Source: Eledone cirrhosa
Taxonomy: Eukaryota
Reading direction: 5' to 3'
Length of the DNA: 64,000 nt
NCBI GenBank assembly: GCA_964016885.1
Contig: OZ024743.1
Location: 365,986,001-366,050,000 of the forward strand
The position numbers were made by a program, and so were the translations under genes. Within the stretch, counting starts at the first letter, position 1. Each line of letters starts with the position of its first letter. The notes under the pieces are model-generated. The model saw only the letters and a list, made by a program, of their open reading frames with translations. It did not search any database and had not been told where the DNA came from. This document shows, one piece after another, positions 25,426-39,336 of the stretch.

Positions 25426-28400
25426 AAACACGTCGGTCGCGATGCCTTTGCTAAGCGCCTCGTCTAATTTTCTAACTAGTTCTCCCTCTGCTCTATTTTT
25501 CTCTATTGCTAAAGCCTTACTAAACCTAATGGACTCTATTCTAATCGCTCTTTTCAGAGCAAACCACCACTAGTTCACTAATCCGGTCTCTGTAGGCCTT
25601 GCGCGCTGGTAAGGACGCGTTTAGCTTCCAGTAGCCGGGTCCTCGTCTATGAAGCCTATCTAAGTCAAGCACACAGATCACGAATTTGTGGTCAGTGTAG
25701 CTGACTATCTTGAATTGTGGACAGCCTATGCTAGACCTATCTATTTCCCTACAAAATACTCTATCTAGATATGATCTGGATGACCCTATGCGATTTGTCC
25801 AAGTCCACATTGGTACATTCGGGAAATCCAATCGGTACCTGTCAGACAGTTGAAAACGCCTGAGCAGGTTGGTGAGACTCTTGCACCCTCCTCCCCTATC
25901 CACTAATCCCACACAATCCCAGCGTGCATCTAAGATCCCGTTCCAGTCGCCCGCTAACACTAAAGAGCGGGACGTTCCAAGAAAGGTCTCCAGACGCCGG
26001 AAGAAATCAGGCCGCCCTGCTCCTGTCGGGGCATAGACGGCCACTAACCTGAAAGCTTTCCCGTCTCCGCTGGTCACGTCCAGCACCACCAACTTACCTT
26101 CTGGGTCCAGGAAGATGGCCCGTATGGCAAGATCCAGACCTCTCCGAAAAAGCACAGCAACTCCTCCCCCGATCCCGGACGGCTGGGAGATGCGTACACA
26201 TCGTAGCCGCCGAAGATCGGTGCGAAGGCCCGTGCTTCGGAGATTCTGGTCTCGCTGATGGCCACTACATCTATTTTTAGTGACCTGAGGTCGTTGAGCA
26301 GGTGGCCCTGCTTCCATGACGACCCCAAGTCACGCGCATTTATGCTGCCTATTCTGAGTGAAGTCATGTTGAAATGGAGTGGAAAAGATGGGAAAGACCA
26401 CTTACCTTACTTCTCGTAGGGGAAGGACGGCTTTTCCATCCTTTTCACTGCTTGTGGCCTCCTCAGGAAGGATGTCCTTATAAATCCTCCTGGAGAGTGC
26501 TTGTCGGAAGTCTCCGATATCTTTGGCGAATTTTTGTTTTAGTGTCATGTACGTTTTCTGTGTGATGCGAGTGATTTGTATGTGTGGAGGTGGTGTGAAC
26601 TTTTGGGTTGTTGTGTAGTCTTTTTCTGTGATGCTGGTGTTGTGTTGAATGTAGTGTAATAATTGGTTGTTGTTCAAATTTAATGCTGTGTAGTGTGTAT
26701 CGTTTTGGTTGTTTTGTTTTGTTTGCGTTTGTTGTGGGTTTGTTTCTGTTTCGCATTTTGGTGACTTTTGTGGTGTAGGTGATGGTGGTGTTGGGGTTAA
26801 TGATGGTGATGGTGTTGGTGTTTTAGGGTGATGGGGTTGGTGATGCTGGTGTGGACGGTGGCATATCTGTCCTAACTTTTTTGTTTGTTAATTTATTTGT
26901 TTCCCCTCTGTATTTTGTTTTTGGAGGGGGAAGGAAGAGAATTTTTTCTTTTTTGGTTTCTTTTTTTTTCTTTTTTCCTGATACCGTTTCCCACTCCTCG
27001 TCGTCACAATCTGTCTCCAGTTGTGATAAGCCGGGGAGTGGAAAATCCTCCACAGGCGTTAGTTTTGGTTGTGGCGTGGTGGATGGTGTAGGCGCTGGTG
27101 CTAGTTCTGAAGCGTTGGGTGGTGGTGGTATTGGTTTTGCTACTGTTGCTGGGGTTGTTGCTGTTATAGTTGCTTCTGTTGTTGCTGCTACAGTTGTTGC
27201 TGCCATCTCTGCTACTGGTGGTGTTGATGGTTGAGTCACTGGGGTGGGTAGGAGAGGTGGCCTCAACCTTTTAGCCTGAGGGCAGAAAGCCCTTAGGTGG
27301 GTTCCTTCACCACAAACGACACACCTAGGCCTTCTGCCCTCGACAATTACGGTGAGGTGGCTGCCGTCAGTGAGGTCTATTACCTCTGGGATCTCCTCAA
27401 TGCTTTTTTGGTCCGCTTGGATCAGGAGCTCCATCCCAGATCCGGACCAGCTCTCCTGCTTTTCTTTTGCTATTGCTATTATCTTGGTGTTGGCTTCGAT
27501 GCCGGCGAGGACGGCCGCTATTAGCCAGGGAATTTCGATGGCCGGTGGAACGTGGGTCACCCTTTATCTTTACGAGTCTCTGGCTACAATAGCTTGGGAC
27601 GAGTGTGAAGTCGTCACTTCTTAATGGGGCCATGGAGTGTTCTCTAGACTCTTCTGGTGTTTCAAAGAACCCGTCCACGGTTCCATACTTCTGCCCACGT
27701 CTGATGTGGGTTTTTCTTGCCCACACATGTCCCAAAGCTTTTTGGATTTGGGACTCGGATGCCCGTTCCACTCGGCGCGATTTTACATTAATTGTTCGAT
27801 ACGACACGGTGCATAGGCGCCGATGCTCCATTTTATTAGGTGGGGGTGAGGCTGACCCTGTACCCATCTTTCTTTACCATTTTTTTGGCATTTTCTAATT
27901 CCTCCTGAGTTACCTGAAATGCTTCGCACTGTTTTGCTACTCTGGCAAAACTCAGGGTTGTTTGTTTAATGTCATTGTTGCTGTTGTTGTTATCGTTATT
28001 TTTGTTATTATTAATTTTAGTTTCAGTTGTGGTGGTGGTGACGTCAGTGGTGTTCGGTGGGGAAGAGTACATTTTGGTTGAATTCATTTCGATATCACGA
28101 GTTAATTTATTTTTTTCTTCTTTTGTTTCTGTTGTCGCGGTGGTGGTGGGGTGGTGGTTGTCGCGGTGGTGGTGGTGGTGGTGGTGGCGGCTTTAACACC
28201 TGCAGTCATTGGTAATGGCGGGAAATGAATGTCTGCCTGAGACAAATTTAAAATATTGCTACTGATTAAATTTTTAGTGTTGGCAAACGTAGTAATATTT
28301 ACAATGGTGGTGTCGGTGTGAGGTGTTAGTTTATGAGGAAGGCTGTCAGCTTCGTGTGGCTGTGAGACTTCCATGTTTTTTTTTCAAAGAAATTTTTTTG

Positions 28401-28586
28401 ATAATTATAAATGTTTAAATTTTGGGCACAAGGCCCCAATCTTTTTGGGTGTCCTTTTCGGAAAACAATGTATGTGCGCTTATAAACAGTTAACAATAAA
28501 ATTTTCCATAAATGGCAATTTTTAACAAACGGAAATAACAAACCTTTGCGGAGCTCACGATGATACGATTTACTACGTAGGTCGCC

Positions 28587-28587
<1 letters not shown>
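25426..28587 (-). mobile_element. Tx1/L1-clade LINE: 5' UTR, ORF1 and APE endonuclease, 3'-truncated
   Basis: ORF1 from ATG 28374 (frameshifted, Zn knuckle, Thr/Pro-rich). ORF2 from 26367: MTSLRIGSINARDL...VAISETR...VYAP...LAGDWN...SYLDRVF...TDHK...GPGYWKLN. Confidence 0.9.

Positions 28588-28648
<61 letters not shown>
28588..28648. repeat. (AAT)n microsatellite, Dong target
   Basis: Direct. Confidence 0.95.
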
Positions 28649-28651
<3 letters not shown>

Positions 28652-30660
28652 TAGTTTGCCACACAGTTGGATTGAAAAATGTTTAGAGATTTTCAAAGTA
28701 TCCCCCGTTGTCAGGAGGTTTTTGCAATTCAGTATGAAGACATGGAAAACGACATTCCTTTTGAATAGTGAAAAAAAATCACTGGAAGCTGGAGAAGTTA
28801 ATATTAATTGTGGAATTTTTCAGGGTGACTCTTTATCACCGCTTTTACTCTGCATCGCACTTATACCATTAAGTAAAATGCTCAATGAAACAAAACATGG
28901 ATATAAAGTCTATGACAAAACCATTAGTCACCTGTTCTACATGGATGACCTGAAACTATTTGCAAAAAATGATGAACAATTGCAAGGGCTATTATCCACT
29001 GTGAAGCAGTTCAGTGATGACATTAAAATGGAGTTTGGACTAGATAAATGCGCCAAAGCAACGTTCACCAGAGGAAAGCTGCTGAAGAGTTCAGACATTA
29101 ATCTTGATCGGGGGAACGTGATAAGAGAACCTGATCAAGAAAAAACTTACAAATATCTAGGTGTTTGTGAAGGAGACGGAATCAAGCACTCGACAATGAG
29201 GGAAAGGATAAGGAAGGAATGTTACCGCAGAGTAAGAGCAATCTTAAGAACGGAATTGAATGCAAGGAATAGGATCGATGCCATAAACACGCTTGCCATA
29301 CCAGTAGTAACCTACAGTTACAATGTCATCAACTGGTCAAGCACAGAGATCCGTAGGCTCGATACAAAAATTCGAAAATTCTTAACCATGCACAGAATGC
29401 ATCACCCTAAGGCAGATATAGATAGAATATATCTCCCTAGGAAAGAAGGAGGACGTGGGTTAATCCAGTTAGACATTGCGTTGAAAACTGCAACAATTGG
29501 ATTATCTACATATCTAAGGGAATCACATGATTGGATGATCAAACTCGTTTTGAAACACGAAAGCATCAAAAGATCATATTCCATTACAAAAGATGCACAA
29601 AGATACAGTAATGGACTACAAATTTCAGAAGTCCCATTTACTGCTGAAATGGAAAACACAGAAAAAGCAAAGCAGGTAAAAGTAACTGCAAAGAAAGAAC
29701 TGCTACAGAAACTGGCTAAGAAATGGCAAGAAAAGCCTCTGTATGGAAAATACCCAGAGCGAGCTAACAATCCTGATGTTGACAAAACTTTAACCCATCA
29801 GTGGTTGGCATCCTCTGGACTGAAATCGGAGACTGAAGGACTGATTATATCGGCACAAGATCAGTGTCTGCCAACAAAAAATTACCAAGCCAACATAATA
29901 AAAAATGGGTGCAGCCCATTATGCCGTGTATGCAAAAAACAACCAGAGACCATTGACCATATAATTTCAATGTGCAGTCCTATAGCTCCAACCGAATACC
30001 TAAACAGGCATGACAGAGCTGCACAATACATACATTGGATAATGTGTAAGCATTTTGACCTGCCCCATCAAAAGAATTGGTGGGAGCATCAACCACCTCC
30101 CATACTTGAAAAAGATCACATCTCAATCTTGTGGAACTTTAGCATCCAAACAGACCGAAAAATAGATGCAAACAGACCTGATATAATATTGAAAGACTTT
30201 CAAAAGAGGGTATGCCTGCTAATTGATATGTCTGTTCCAATAGACAAGAATGTATCTATAAAAACATTTGAAGAATTGAGCAAGTATAAGGACCTGGAGA
30301 TAGAAATTGGAAAAATGTGGAAATTGAGAACTAAAACAATACCAGTGGTTGTAGGCGCTCTGGGAATGATACCTAAGGGGTCTAATGATTACATATCGCA
30401 AATCCCAGGAAACCCGCGTATAGGAGAAATACAAAAGATAGTACTAATGGGAACTGCCCATATACTAAGAAAGATTCTGTCAATATAAGTACATCACAAG
30501 TCTAAACACTAAAGATGCATGTGTGAATATGTATGTTCTTTCTTGAACATGGCGGACCTTGTTGTCTCTTGAGGTCACTGGTTGTGACTTGGTGATAACT
30601 CGTATGAACATAAAGCAAGATAAATGCAACTGTAATAATAATAATAATGATAATAATAAA
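28649..30660 (+). mobile_element. R4/Dong element A, 5'-truncated, (TAA)n tail
   Basis: Uninterrupted 610-aa ORF 28656-30488; 3' UTR near-identical to 36945-37090. Confidence 0.92.
28656..30488 (+). CDS. R4/Dong polyprotein C-terminal part (RT, CCHC, restriction-like endonuclease)
   Basis: GIFQGDSLSPLL, FYMDDLKLF, YKYLG, CRVCKKQPETIDHIISMC, YLNRHD, NRPDIILKD, LIDMSVP, KYKDL. Confidence 0.92.
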   Translation: MPHSWIEKCLEIFKVSPVVRRFLQFSMKTWKTTFLLNSEKKSLEAGEVNINCGIFQGDSLSPLLLCIALIPLSKMLNETKHGYKVYDKTISHLFYMDDLKLFAKNDEQLQGLLSTVKQFSDDIKMEFGLDKCAKATFTRGKLLKSSDINLDRGNVIREPDQEKTYKYLGVCEGDGIKHSTMRERIRKECYRRVRAILRTELNARNRIDAINTLAIPVVTYSYNVINWSSTEIRRLDTKIRKFLTMHRMHHPKADIDRIYLPRKEGGRGLIQLDIALKTATIGLSTYLRESHDWMIKLVLKHESIKRSYSITKDAQRYSNGLQISEVPFTAEMENTEKAKQVKVTAKKELLQKLAKKWQEKPLYGKYPERANNPDVDKTLTHQWLASSGLKSETEGLIISAQDQCLPTKNYQANIIKNGCSPLCRVCKKQPETIDHIISMCSPIAPTEYLNRHDRAAQYIHWIMCKHFDLPHQKNWWEHQPPPILEKDHISILWNFSIQTDRKIDANRPDIILKDFQKRVCLLIDMSVPIDKNVSIKTFEELSKYKDLEIEIGKMWKLRTKTIPVVVGALGMIPKGSNDYISQIPGNPRIGEIQKIVLMGTAHILRKILSI

Positions 30661-32812
30661 AATATAACATCCCTCCACCCGAAACTGACAACCATGTTCA
30701 ATGACTGCTTGATGTCAGGTGAGGTACCAGAGTGGTTGACAAAAGGTACCACAGTTCTGGTAATGAAAGACCGAATCAAGGGTAATGATGTTACCAACTA
30801 TAGACCTATCACATATCTGTCCGTAATGTGGAAACTGTTAACAAGCATTGTCTCTGAGGAAATCTACCATCACCTCCACACAAACAACTTGTTACCGGAC
30901 GAACAGAAAGGATGCCGAAAGAAGTCCCGTGGTACAGAGGACCAGTTACTTATTGATAAGATAGTAATGAGGAATTGCAAGAGGAGACACACTGGTCTTG
31001 CCATGGGATGGATGGACTACAAAAAGGCATTTGACATGGTGCCTCATTCTTGGATCACCAAAAGCCTAGATATCTTCAAAGTGGCAGATAACATCAGACA
31101 GTTGTTGAGCAAAAGTATGAAGTCCTGGAAAACAGAGTTAACATCGGCTGGAGAATCCTTGGGAGGAGTGAAGATCAAGAGAGGTATCTCCCAGGGAGAT
31201 AATCTGTCCCCTCTTTTTTTTGTCCTTGCCCTGATGCCTCTGACCATTATACTGCGAAAAGTGAGAGCAGGATACAAGTTGGGAAAGGCAGAGCTTACCA
31301 TCAAGCACCTCCTCTTCATGGACGATCTTAAGCTCTTCGGGAAGAGTGAGAAGGAGTTGGATGTGCTTGTTGACACTGTCCGTATTTTCAGCAATGATAT
31401 ATGTATGCAATTTGATATTAGTAAGTGTGCAGTCCTTGTGATGAAGAGAGGTAAATTGAGCAGAAGCAACGGAATCCAGGTACCAACAGGTGAGATGATA
31501 AAGGAAATTGACACTGAAGAAGGATATAAGTATTTGGGTGTTCTGGAGGCTGATGACATCAAGAACAAAAAAATGAAGGAATTGATAAGATCTGAATACA
31601 TTCGGAGAGTAAGGAGTGTATTAAAATCACATCTGAATTGTAGGAATGCCATAAGTGCAGTAAATTCCCGAGCTGTGTCTATTATTAGGTACAGTGCGGG
31701 AATTCTGAGATGGAATGTTGCTGAACAAAAAGAAATGGATAGGAAGACTAGGAAGCTATTGACTATCTAAAACATGTTCCACAAGAGGAGTGATGTCGAT
31801 AGACTCTACTTAAGGAGATCTGAAGGTGGAAGAGGACTTATCAGCATAGAGGACTGTGTTCAGATGGAGAAAAACAACCTACACAAATACGTGACTGATA
31901 GTAGTGAGTCAATGCTCAGAATTGTACTGAAGGAGAGGACAATAGACCAGGGGATGTCGAAGGAGGAAATAACAACAAGGAGAAAGAGCAACCTTTATGA
32001 AAAATCCCTTCATAGTACCTTCTTTGAGAAAACTGAATTCAGAGATCCACAGACATGGAACTGGTTGAAAAGGGGAGACCTTAAAAAGGCTACAGAAGGA
32101 ATGCTAATGGCTGCACAAGAGCAGGCCCTCAAAACGAAGTGGCTGAAACACCATATTTACAAGGAGGAGGCTAGCCCACTGTGTAGGATCTGTGGAGAGA
32201 GGAGACTGTGGCTCACATTGTATCCGAGTGTAAACACCTAGCCCAGACTCACTATAAGGGCTGGAGACATGATGTGATGGGCAGGGTGATCCACTGGCAC
32301 CTATGCAAAGTAAACAATTTACCACATTCTGAGAAGTGGTATGAGCATAAGCCAGAGGCGGTGATAGAAAACGATCAGGTGAAGGTGCTGTGGGATTTTA
32401 GGATACAGACGGACAAGAAACTGGAACACAATAAACCTGACCTGGTGGTTTTGGACAAGGAAAAAAGATCGTGCCTGATTGTGGATGTGGCCTGCCCATT
32501 CGACACGAGAGTGCAAGAGAAGGAGAGGGAGAAAATTAACCGATACCAGGACTTAAAGTGGGAGGTAAAAAGGATTTGGAACTGCCATGAAATCAAAGTG
32601 GTCCCGATTGTTATAGGCGCACTAGGTACTATCTCAAAGAGTTTCCAAGGATGGTTAAAGAAAATTGGCCCCGCCCCTCTTTTTGGAACACGTCAAAAGG
32701 CATGCTTGCTGGGAACAGCAAGAACCCTCCGATACGTCCTGATATCTGAGGCTGCAGGTAGTGGCTTGATATTAATTTCTGAGACTCAAAGAACAATAAT
32801 AATAATAATAAT
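30661..32812 (+). mobile_element. R4/Dong element B (different family), 5'-truncated, (TAA)n tail
   Basis: NYRPITYLS, DEQKGCRK, WMDYKKAFDMVPHSW, LFMDDLKLF, CRICGE, WRHD, NKPDLVVLD; stop at 31770 and a frameshift. Confidence 0.9.
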
Positions 32813-33109
32813 TGCTACCACTTTCCCATCACCGCCGCCACCACTCCATCATTGCTACCACCACTATTCCCCCACTACCTTCTGTTAACTTAAGAAAGGG
32901 GAAGGTGGCGGTATCACTAGACAAGGGAGAGGCTAGCAAAAGATATAAATAGATTGACTTAGTGACCCGGTCAAACGTCAACGACTATAGCACTGCTGGC
33001 TCCCCCCTTCCCCACCAACAACAGAAAAAGCCCCAGCACCACCACCCACATAGCCAACAACAATAACAGGCAACTTCAACAAAAAGTATATTATATTATT
33101 AATAATAAT

Positions 33110-36100
33110 TTCATTCTTAAGCCACGCAATGCTCACATTAAGGAACCACTCATGATAATAACAACTTAAAAAACAACAAAAAAGAAAACCCCGTGACCAA
33201 GAAATACTGGGATGGCGGCCGGCGGGGAATAGCCGTGTCCCTAGGAGAGGACGATCCCTCTAGTCTTGGTTGACACTCGTCCTAGAAGTGGTAACACGAA
33301 ATGATTACCCCTTGGCGGTTAAGGATAAAACGTGACAAAATAAAGTAAATGTCAAATGATAAAATCTCATACCGGATCAGCCGTCACCCGGGTCAAAAAG
33401 AGAGGAACCAGACTGGGGTCGAAAAATCAGCTAATGGTTCAAACCTTCCCATCACTTCGCAGTTGGAGACCTCCCATAACCGGATTACTCCTACTGTTGG
33501 CCCTCCATGCTCACCACCAAGAAATCCAAAGAAAAAGAGAGAAAAATGGTCAAGGGAAGACAATAATGAAGTCCTTGAGGCTTTCTACACTGCCATGTAC
33601 TACCCATCAAATAGATCGAATACAGAACAGACATATATCAACTGGAAAAAGAAACATCCCGAAAACAGAGGCTATATTGACAGTAACAAACTAGCCAATA
33701 TACGAAGAAATATTGTTAAAAAAAGTTACTAACTGATATAGAAATTGATCAGATCAAGCTATTAGCACAAAGTCAGCGAAAGGAAAATGAAACATGTGTC
33801 AGTGAAAGCTAGGTAAATTGTAACACTTCGAATCACAGGGTTGGGGCGGAATCACTGACAACAGAACAAATTAAAGAAAGGATAAAAAAAAGTGGTGGGA
33901 ATGCATGCTTAAGATGAAACTCAAAATGAAAACAATGAGATCCTAAATGATAAAGAAATGAATGAGAATGAACTTGCCAACTTGAAGGATGAAATTATGA
34001 TCGAATGGATGAAAATGAAAGAATCTGACATGGGAACGAGACACTCTCCCTAAGATCCAGAACTCCAAACAGAACCAAAAGATAATACACAAGACTAACG
34101 TAATTCTCAAAAACATTATCATCACAAACAAACTAAACATTACTGATTTAAATCATCTCTATTATGCATCGGCTAAAGTCACCACTCACTTATGTGGAGT
34201 GAAAATGAAAAACAAAGGAATTCCCACAAGAAATCTACTTGGCAAGAGAACATCAATCGCCAAATAAACCTTCTCCGATCTGACATAGAAATGTTAACAA
34301 ACTACAAAGTAGGTGAACATGTTAAACAAACTAAACTTAGAAAATTGAAAAGAAAGTACAGTATAAAATCAACAAGTGACATAGACATGTTGATAGAAAT
34401 AATCAAGCAAAAAGTGTCGGCCAAAGCTGCTCGTATAAGGCGCTTTGAAAAACGATCTAGATTCTATAAGGATAATAATATGTTCAAAAACAACCAAAGA
34501 AACTTCTACAGAAAAATTGGTAAGTCAACAATAACTGCTAAATCAATACCACCCAAGGAGGAAGTGCAAGAATTCTGGGAAAAGATCTGGGCCGAAGAAA
34601 AAGTTCATAATATACATGCCCCATGGATAGACAGACAAATGAAAGATACAGCTCACCTTGAGGAACAAATATGGGAAAATATAACAGTTGAACAGTTGCG
34701 TTTGGTTCTTAGAAAAACCAGCAAATGGAAATCCCCAGGAAAAGACAAACGACCAAATTTTTGGATAAATGCCTTCACAGAGTCTCATGAGCTGTTAGCC
34801 CAACTTTACAATGAAATAGTTAAGGAGCCAGAAAAGATAACATCATGGCTAGTTAACGGCATTACATTCCTGCTTCCGAAGAATGATGAGACAAACAATC
34901 CCAAAAATTACAGACCGATAACTTGCTTGACCACAATGTATAAAATTTTAACATCAGTCCTAACTGAATATACATATGACCACCTGATAACAAATGATCT
35001 ATTTCCCAATGAGCAGAAAGAGTGTAAACGAGGCTCATATGGCTGTAAGGATCAGCTTTTAGTTAACAAAATCATACTGGAAAATTGTCATAATAGACAC
35101 AAAAATCTATCGATTGCTTGGATAGATTATAAAAAAGCATTCGATAGTTTGCCACACAGTTGGATTGAAAAATATTTAGAGATTTTCAAAATATCTCCCG
35201 TTGTCAGGAGGTTCCTGTCATTCAGTATGAAGACATGGAAAACGACACTCCTTTTGAATAGTGAAAAAAAATCACTGGAAGCTGGAGAAGTTAATATTAA
35301 TTGTGGAATGTTTCAGGGTGACTCTTATTCACCGCTTTTATTCTGCATCGCACTTATACCATTAAGTAAAATGCTCAATGAAACAAAACATCGATATAAA
35401 GTCTATGACAAAACCATTAATCACTTGTTCTACATGGTTGACCTGAAACTATTTGCAAAAAATGATGAACAATTGCAAGGGTTATTATCCACTGTGGAGC
35501 AATTCAGTGATGACATTAAAATGGAGTTTGGACTAGATAAATGCGCCAAAGCAACGTTCACCAGAGGAAAGCTGCTGAAAAGTTCAGGCATTAATCTTGA
35601 TCGGGGGAATGTGATAAGAGAACTTGATCAAGAGGAAACTTACAAATATCTAGGTGTTTGTGAAGGAGACGGAATCAAGCACTCGACAATGAGGGAAAGG
35701 ATAAGGAAGGAATGTTACCGCAGAGTAAGAGAAATCTTAAGAACGGAATTGAATGCAAGGAATAGGATCGATGCCTTAAACACGCTTGCCATACCAGTAG
35801 TAACCTACAGTTACAATGTCATCAACTGGTCTAGCACAGAGATCCGTAGGCTCGATACAAAAATTAGAAAATTCTTAACCATGCACAGAATGCATCACCC
35901 TAAGACAGATAAACATAGAATATATCTCCCTAATCCAGTTAGATATTGCGTTGAAAACTGCAACAATTGGATTATCTACATATCTAAGGGAATCACATGA
36001 TTGGATGATCAAACTCGTTTTGAAACACGAAAGCATCAAAAGATCATACTCCATTACAAAAGATGCACAAAGATACAGTAATGGACTACAAATTTCAGAA

Positions 36101-37088
36101 GTCCCATTTACTGCTGAAATGGAAAACACAGAAAAAAACAAAGCAGGTAAAAGTAACTGAAAAGAAAGAACTGCTACAGAAACTGGCTAAGAAATGGCAA
36201 GAAAAGCCTCTGTATGGAAAATACCCAGAAAGAGCTAACAATCCTGATGTTGACAAAACTTTAACCTATCAGTGGTTGGCATCCTCTGGACTGAAATCGG
36301 AGACTGAAGGACACAAGATCAGTGTCTGCCAACAAAAACTTACCAAGCCAACATAATAAAAAATGGATGCAGCCCATTATGCCGTGTATGTAAAAACCAA
36401 CCAGAGACCATTGACCATATAATTTCAATGTGCAGTCCTATAGCTCCAACCGAATACCTAAACAGGCATGACAGAGCTGCACAATACATACATTGGATAA
36501 TGTGTAAGCATTTTGACCTTCCCCATCAAAAGAATGGGCGGGAGCATCAACCACCTCCCATACTTGAAAAAGATCACATCTCAATCTTGTGGAACTTTAG
36601 CATCCAAACAGACCGAAAAATAGATGCAAACAGACTTGATATAATATTGAAAGACTTTCAAAAGAGGGTATGCCTGTTAATTGATATGTCTGTTCCAATA
36701 GACAAGAATGTATCTATAAAAACATTTGAAAAATTGAGCAAGTATAAGGACCTGGAGATAGAAATTGGAAAAATGTGGAAATTGAGAACTAAAACAATAC
36801 CAGTGGTTGTAGGCGCTCTGGGAATGAAACCTAAGGGGTCTAATGATTACATATCGCAAATCCCAGGAAACCCGCGTATAGGAGAAATACAAAAGATAGT
36901 ACTAATGGGAACTGCCATATACTAAGGAAGATTCTGTCAATATAAGTACATCACAAGTCTAAACACCTAAAGATGCATGTGTGTGTATGTATGTTCTTTC
37001 TTGAACATGGCGGACCTTGTTGTCTCTTGAGGTCACTGGTTGTGACTTGATGATAACTCGTATGAACATAAAGCAAGAGAAATGCAAC

Positions 37089-37184
<96 letters not shown>
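33110..37184 (+). mobile_element. Near full-length R4/Dong element C (same family as A), degraded
   Basis: 5' UTR, N-terminal ORF 33349-33732, 602-aa RT ORF 34192-36000 (YMVD instead of YMDD), deletions/frameshifts, REL at 36428-36925, (TAA)n tail ~37089-37184. Confidence 0.92.
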
Positions 37185-37185
<1 letters not shown>

Positions 37186-37580
37186 GAAATAACGATTTGC
37201 TATGAAATAGAAATAGCTAAAAAGAATAACACTTATCATCTAAACCCCAAAAATATGAAATAACATGAAATTCATATATTAAACGTATTATTTAAATTTT
37301 TATCATGCTTTATTTTTTTTAGATCATGAACAATATTTCTATAGTAACTATGTGCTTGACTGGCTGCCCATTTTTTTGTGTTGAAATATCTCAGTGATAC
37401 TATGTGAAGTGTTGCGGAAGAAAATTTCGAACATAACTTGCTTGAATTCGATCCTACTCTAGATTCTATCAATGGACATCAAAGCTGACATTTAGCCCCT
37501 AATCGACCATAAGCCAGCCATTAGTGTGGCTATTTTAGATCTATCTACCAACAACCATGCAGTCATAGCTATAGCTATAG

Positions 37581-38290
<710 letters not shown>

Positions 38291-38439
38291 GCGATAACTT
38301 TGCGCTTTAGTGAAACATTAAACTGTAAAAGAGATATGGATAACACGGAATAAAGGTGAGGAAAAGTAAAAATATAGAAAAGCGAGAGAGAGTGAGAGGA
38401 AATAGGGGAAAAAGAAATGAAAAGGCAGCGATGGATATA

Positions 38440-38529
38440 CAGGGTGTCCAACCAAAAATGTATATACCATTCTAACAGATATTGCTTTATAGGTAATTAA
38501 AGTATGTATACATTTTTTGGGACACCCTG
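38440..38529. mobile_element. 90-bp Tc1/mariner MITE
   Basis: TA|CAGGGTGTCCAACCAAAAATGTATA...TATACATTTTTTGGGACACCCTG|TA: TIRs with TA TSD. Confidence 0.8.
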
Positions 38530-38560
<31 letters not shown>

Positions 38561-38576
38561 CTGTGTGTGTGTGTCT

Positions 38577-38652
<76 letters not shown>

Positions 38653-38766
38653 TTGTGTGCGTATTGGCAAGTGTATGTTCTGGTAGGATCTTTTTTATAC
38701 GTGGAAGCAGAAACACAGATAGCAAATAAATAAGGTAATAACTCTCTCTTTCTCTCTCTTTCTCTC

Positions 38767-38840
<74 letters not shown>

Positions 38841-38843
<3 letters not shown>

Positions 38844-39290
38844 TAAACAAAGTTTCCTACACGTTCGTTACAACTTTAAACTTCATAGCGAAAGGCCTTC
38901 AAAATGTTTTTCATAAACATACAGTATATTGTTAAATATACAATACATTCATATGTATATTCCTATTTTGGAGCAACAATATAAATTTATAATTGATGCT
39001 GAGCCGGCTACCGCTTTGTATGCAAATGAGTTTCATCAGCTCATAAACATAAGCAGAATTCTATAAGAATCCAGCTTAGTTTAGCAAAAGCGGGAAGATA
39101 TGTAGTCTTGACAACCACTTATGAGTGAGCAACGGTGGTATCGTTGATTATTTCTCTCTGCTTTTGCTGAAGCTAGGTGTGTGAAGTTCGTCAAAATTCA
39201 TAGCGAAAGGCCTTCAAAAGGGTTTTTTCATAATCATACCGTATATTGTTAAATATACAATACGTACATATACAATACGTACATTCACAC
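38841..39290 (-). mobile_element. Partial tandem (~315-bp period) with degenerate hammerhead, between (TA)n tracts
   Basis: ~38880-38950 repeats at ~39195-39270. The minus strand at ~38996-39050 reads tgag CTGATGA...AAAGCGGTAGCCGG ctca. Confidence 0.5.
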
Positions 39291-39297
39291 ACACACA

Positions 39298-39336
<39 letters not shown>

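Noticed and set aside
29402-36892. Antisense ORFs over the Dong elements
   Set aside because: Shadow frames of the retrotransposon ORFs.
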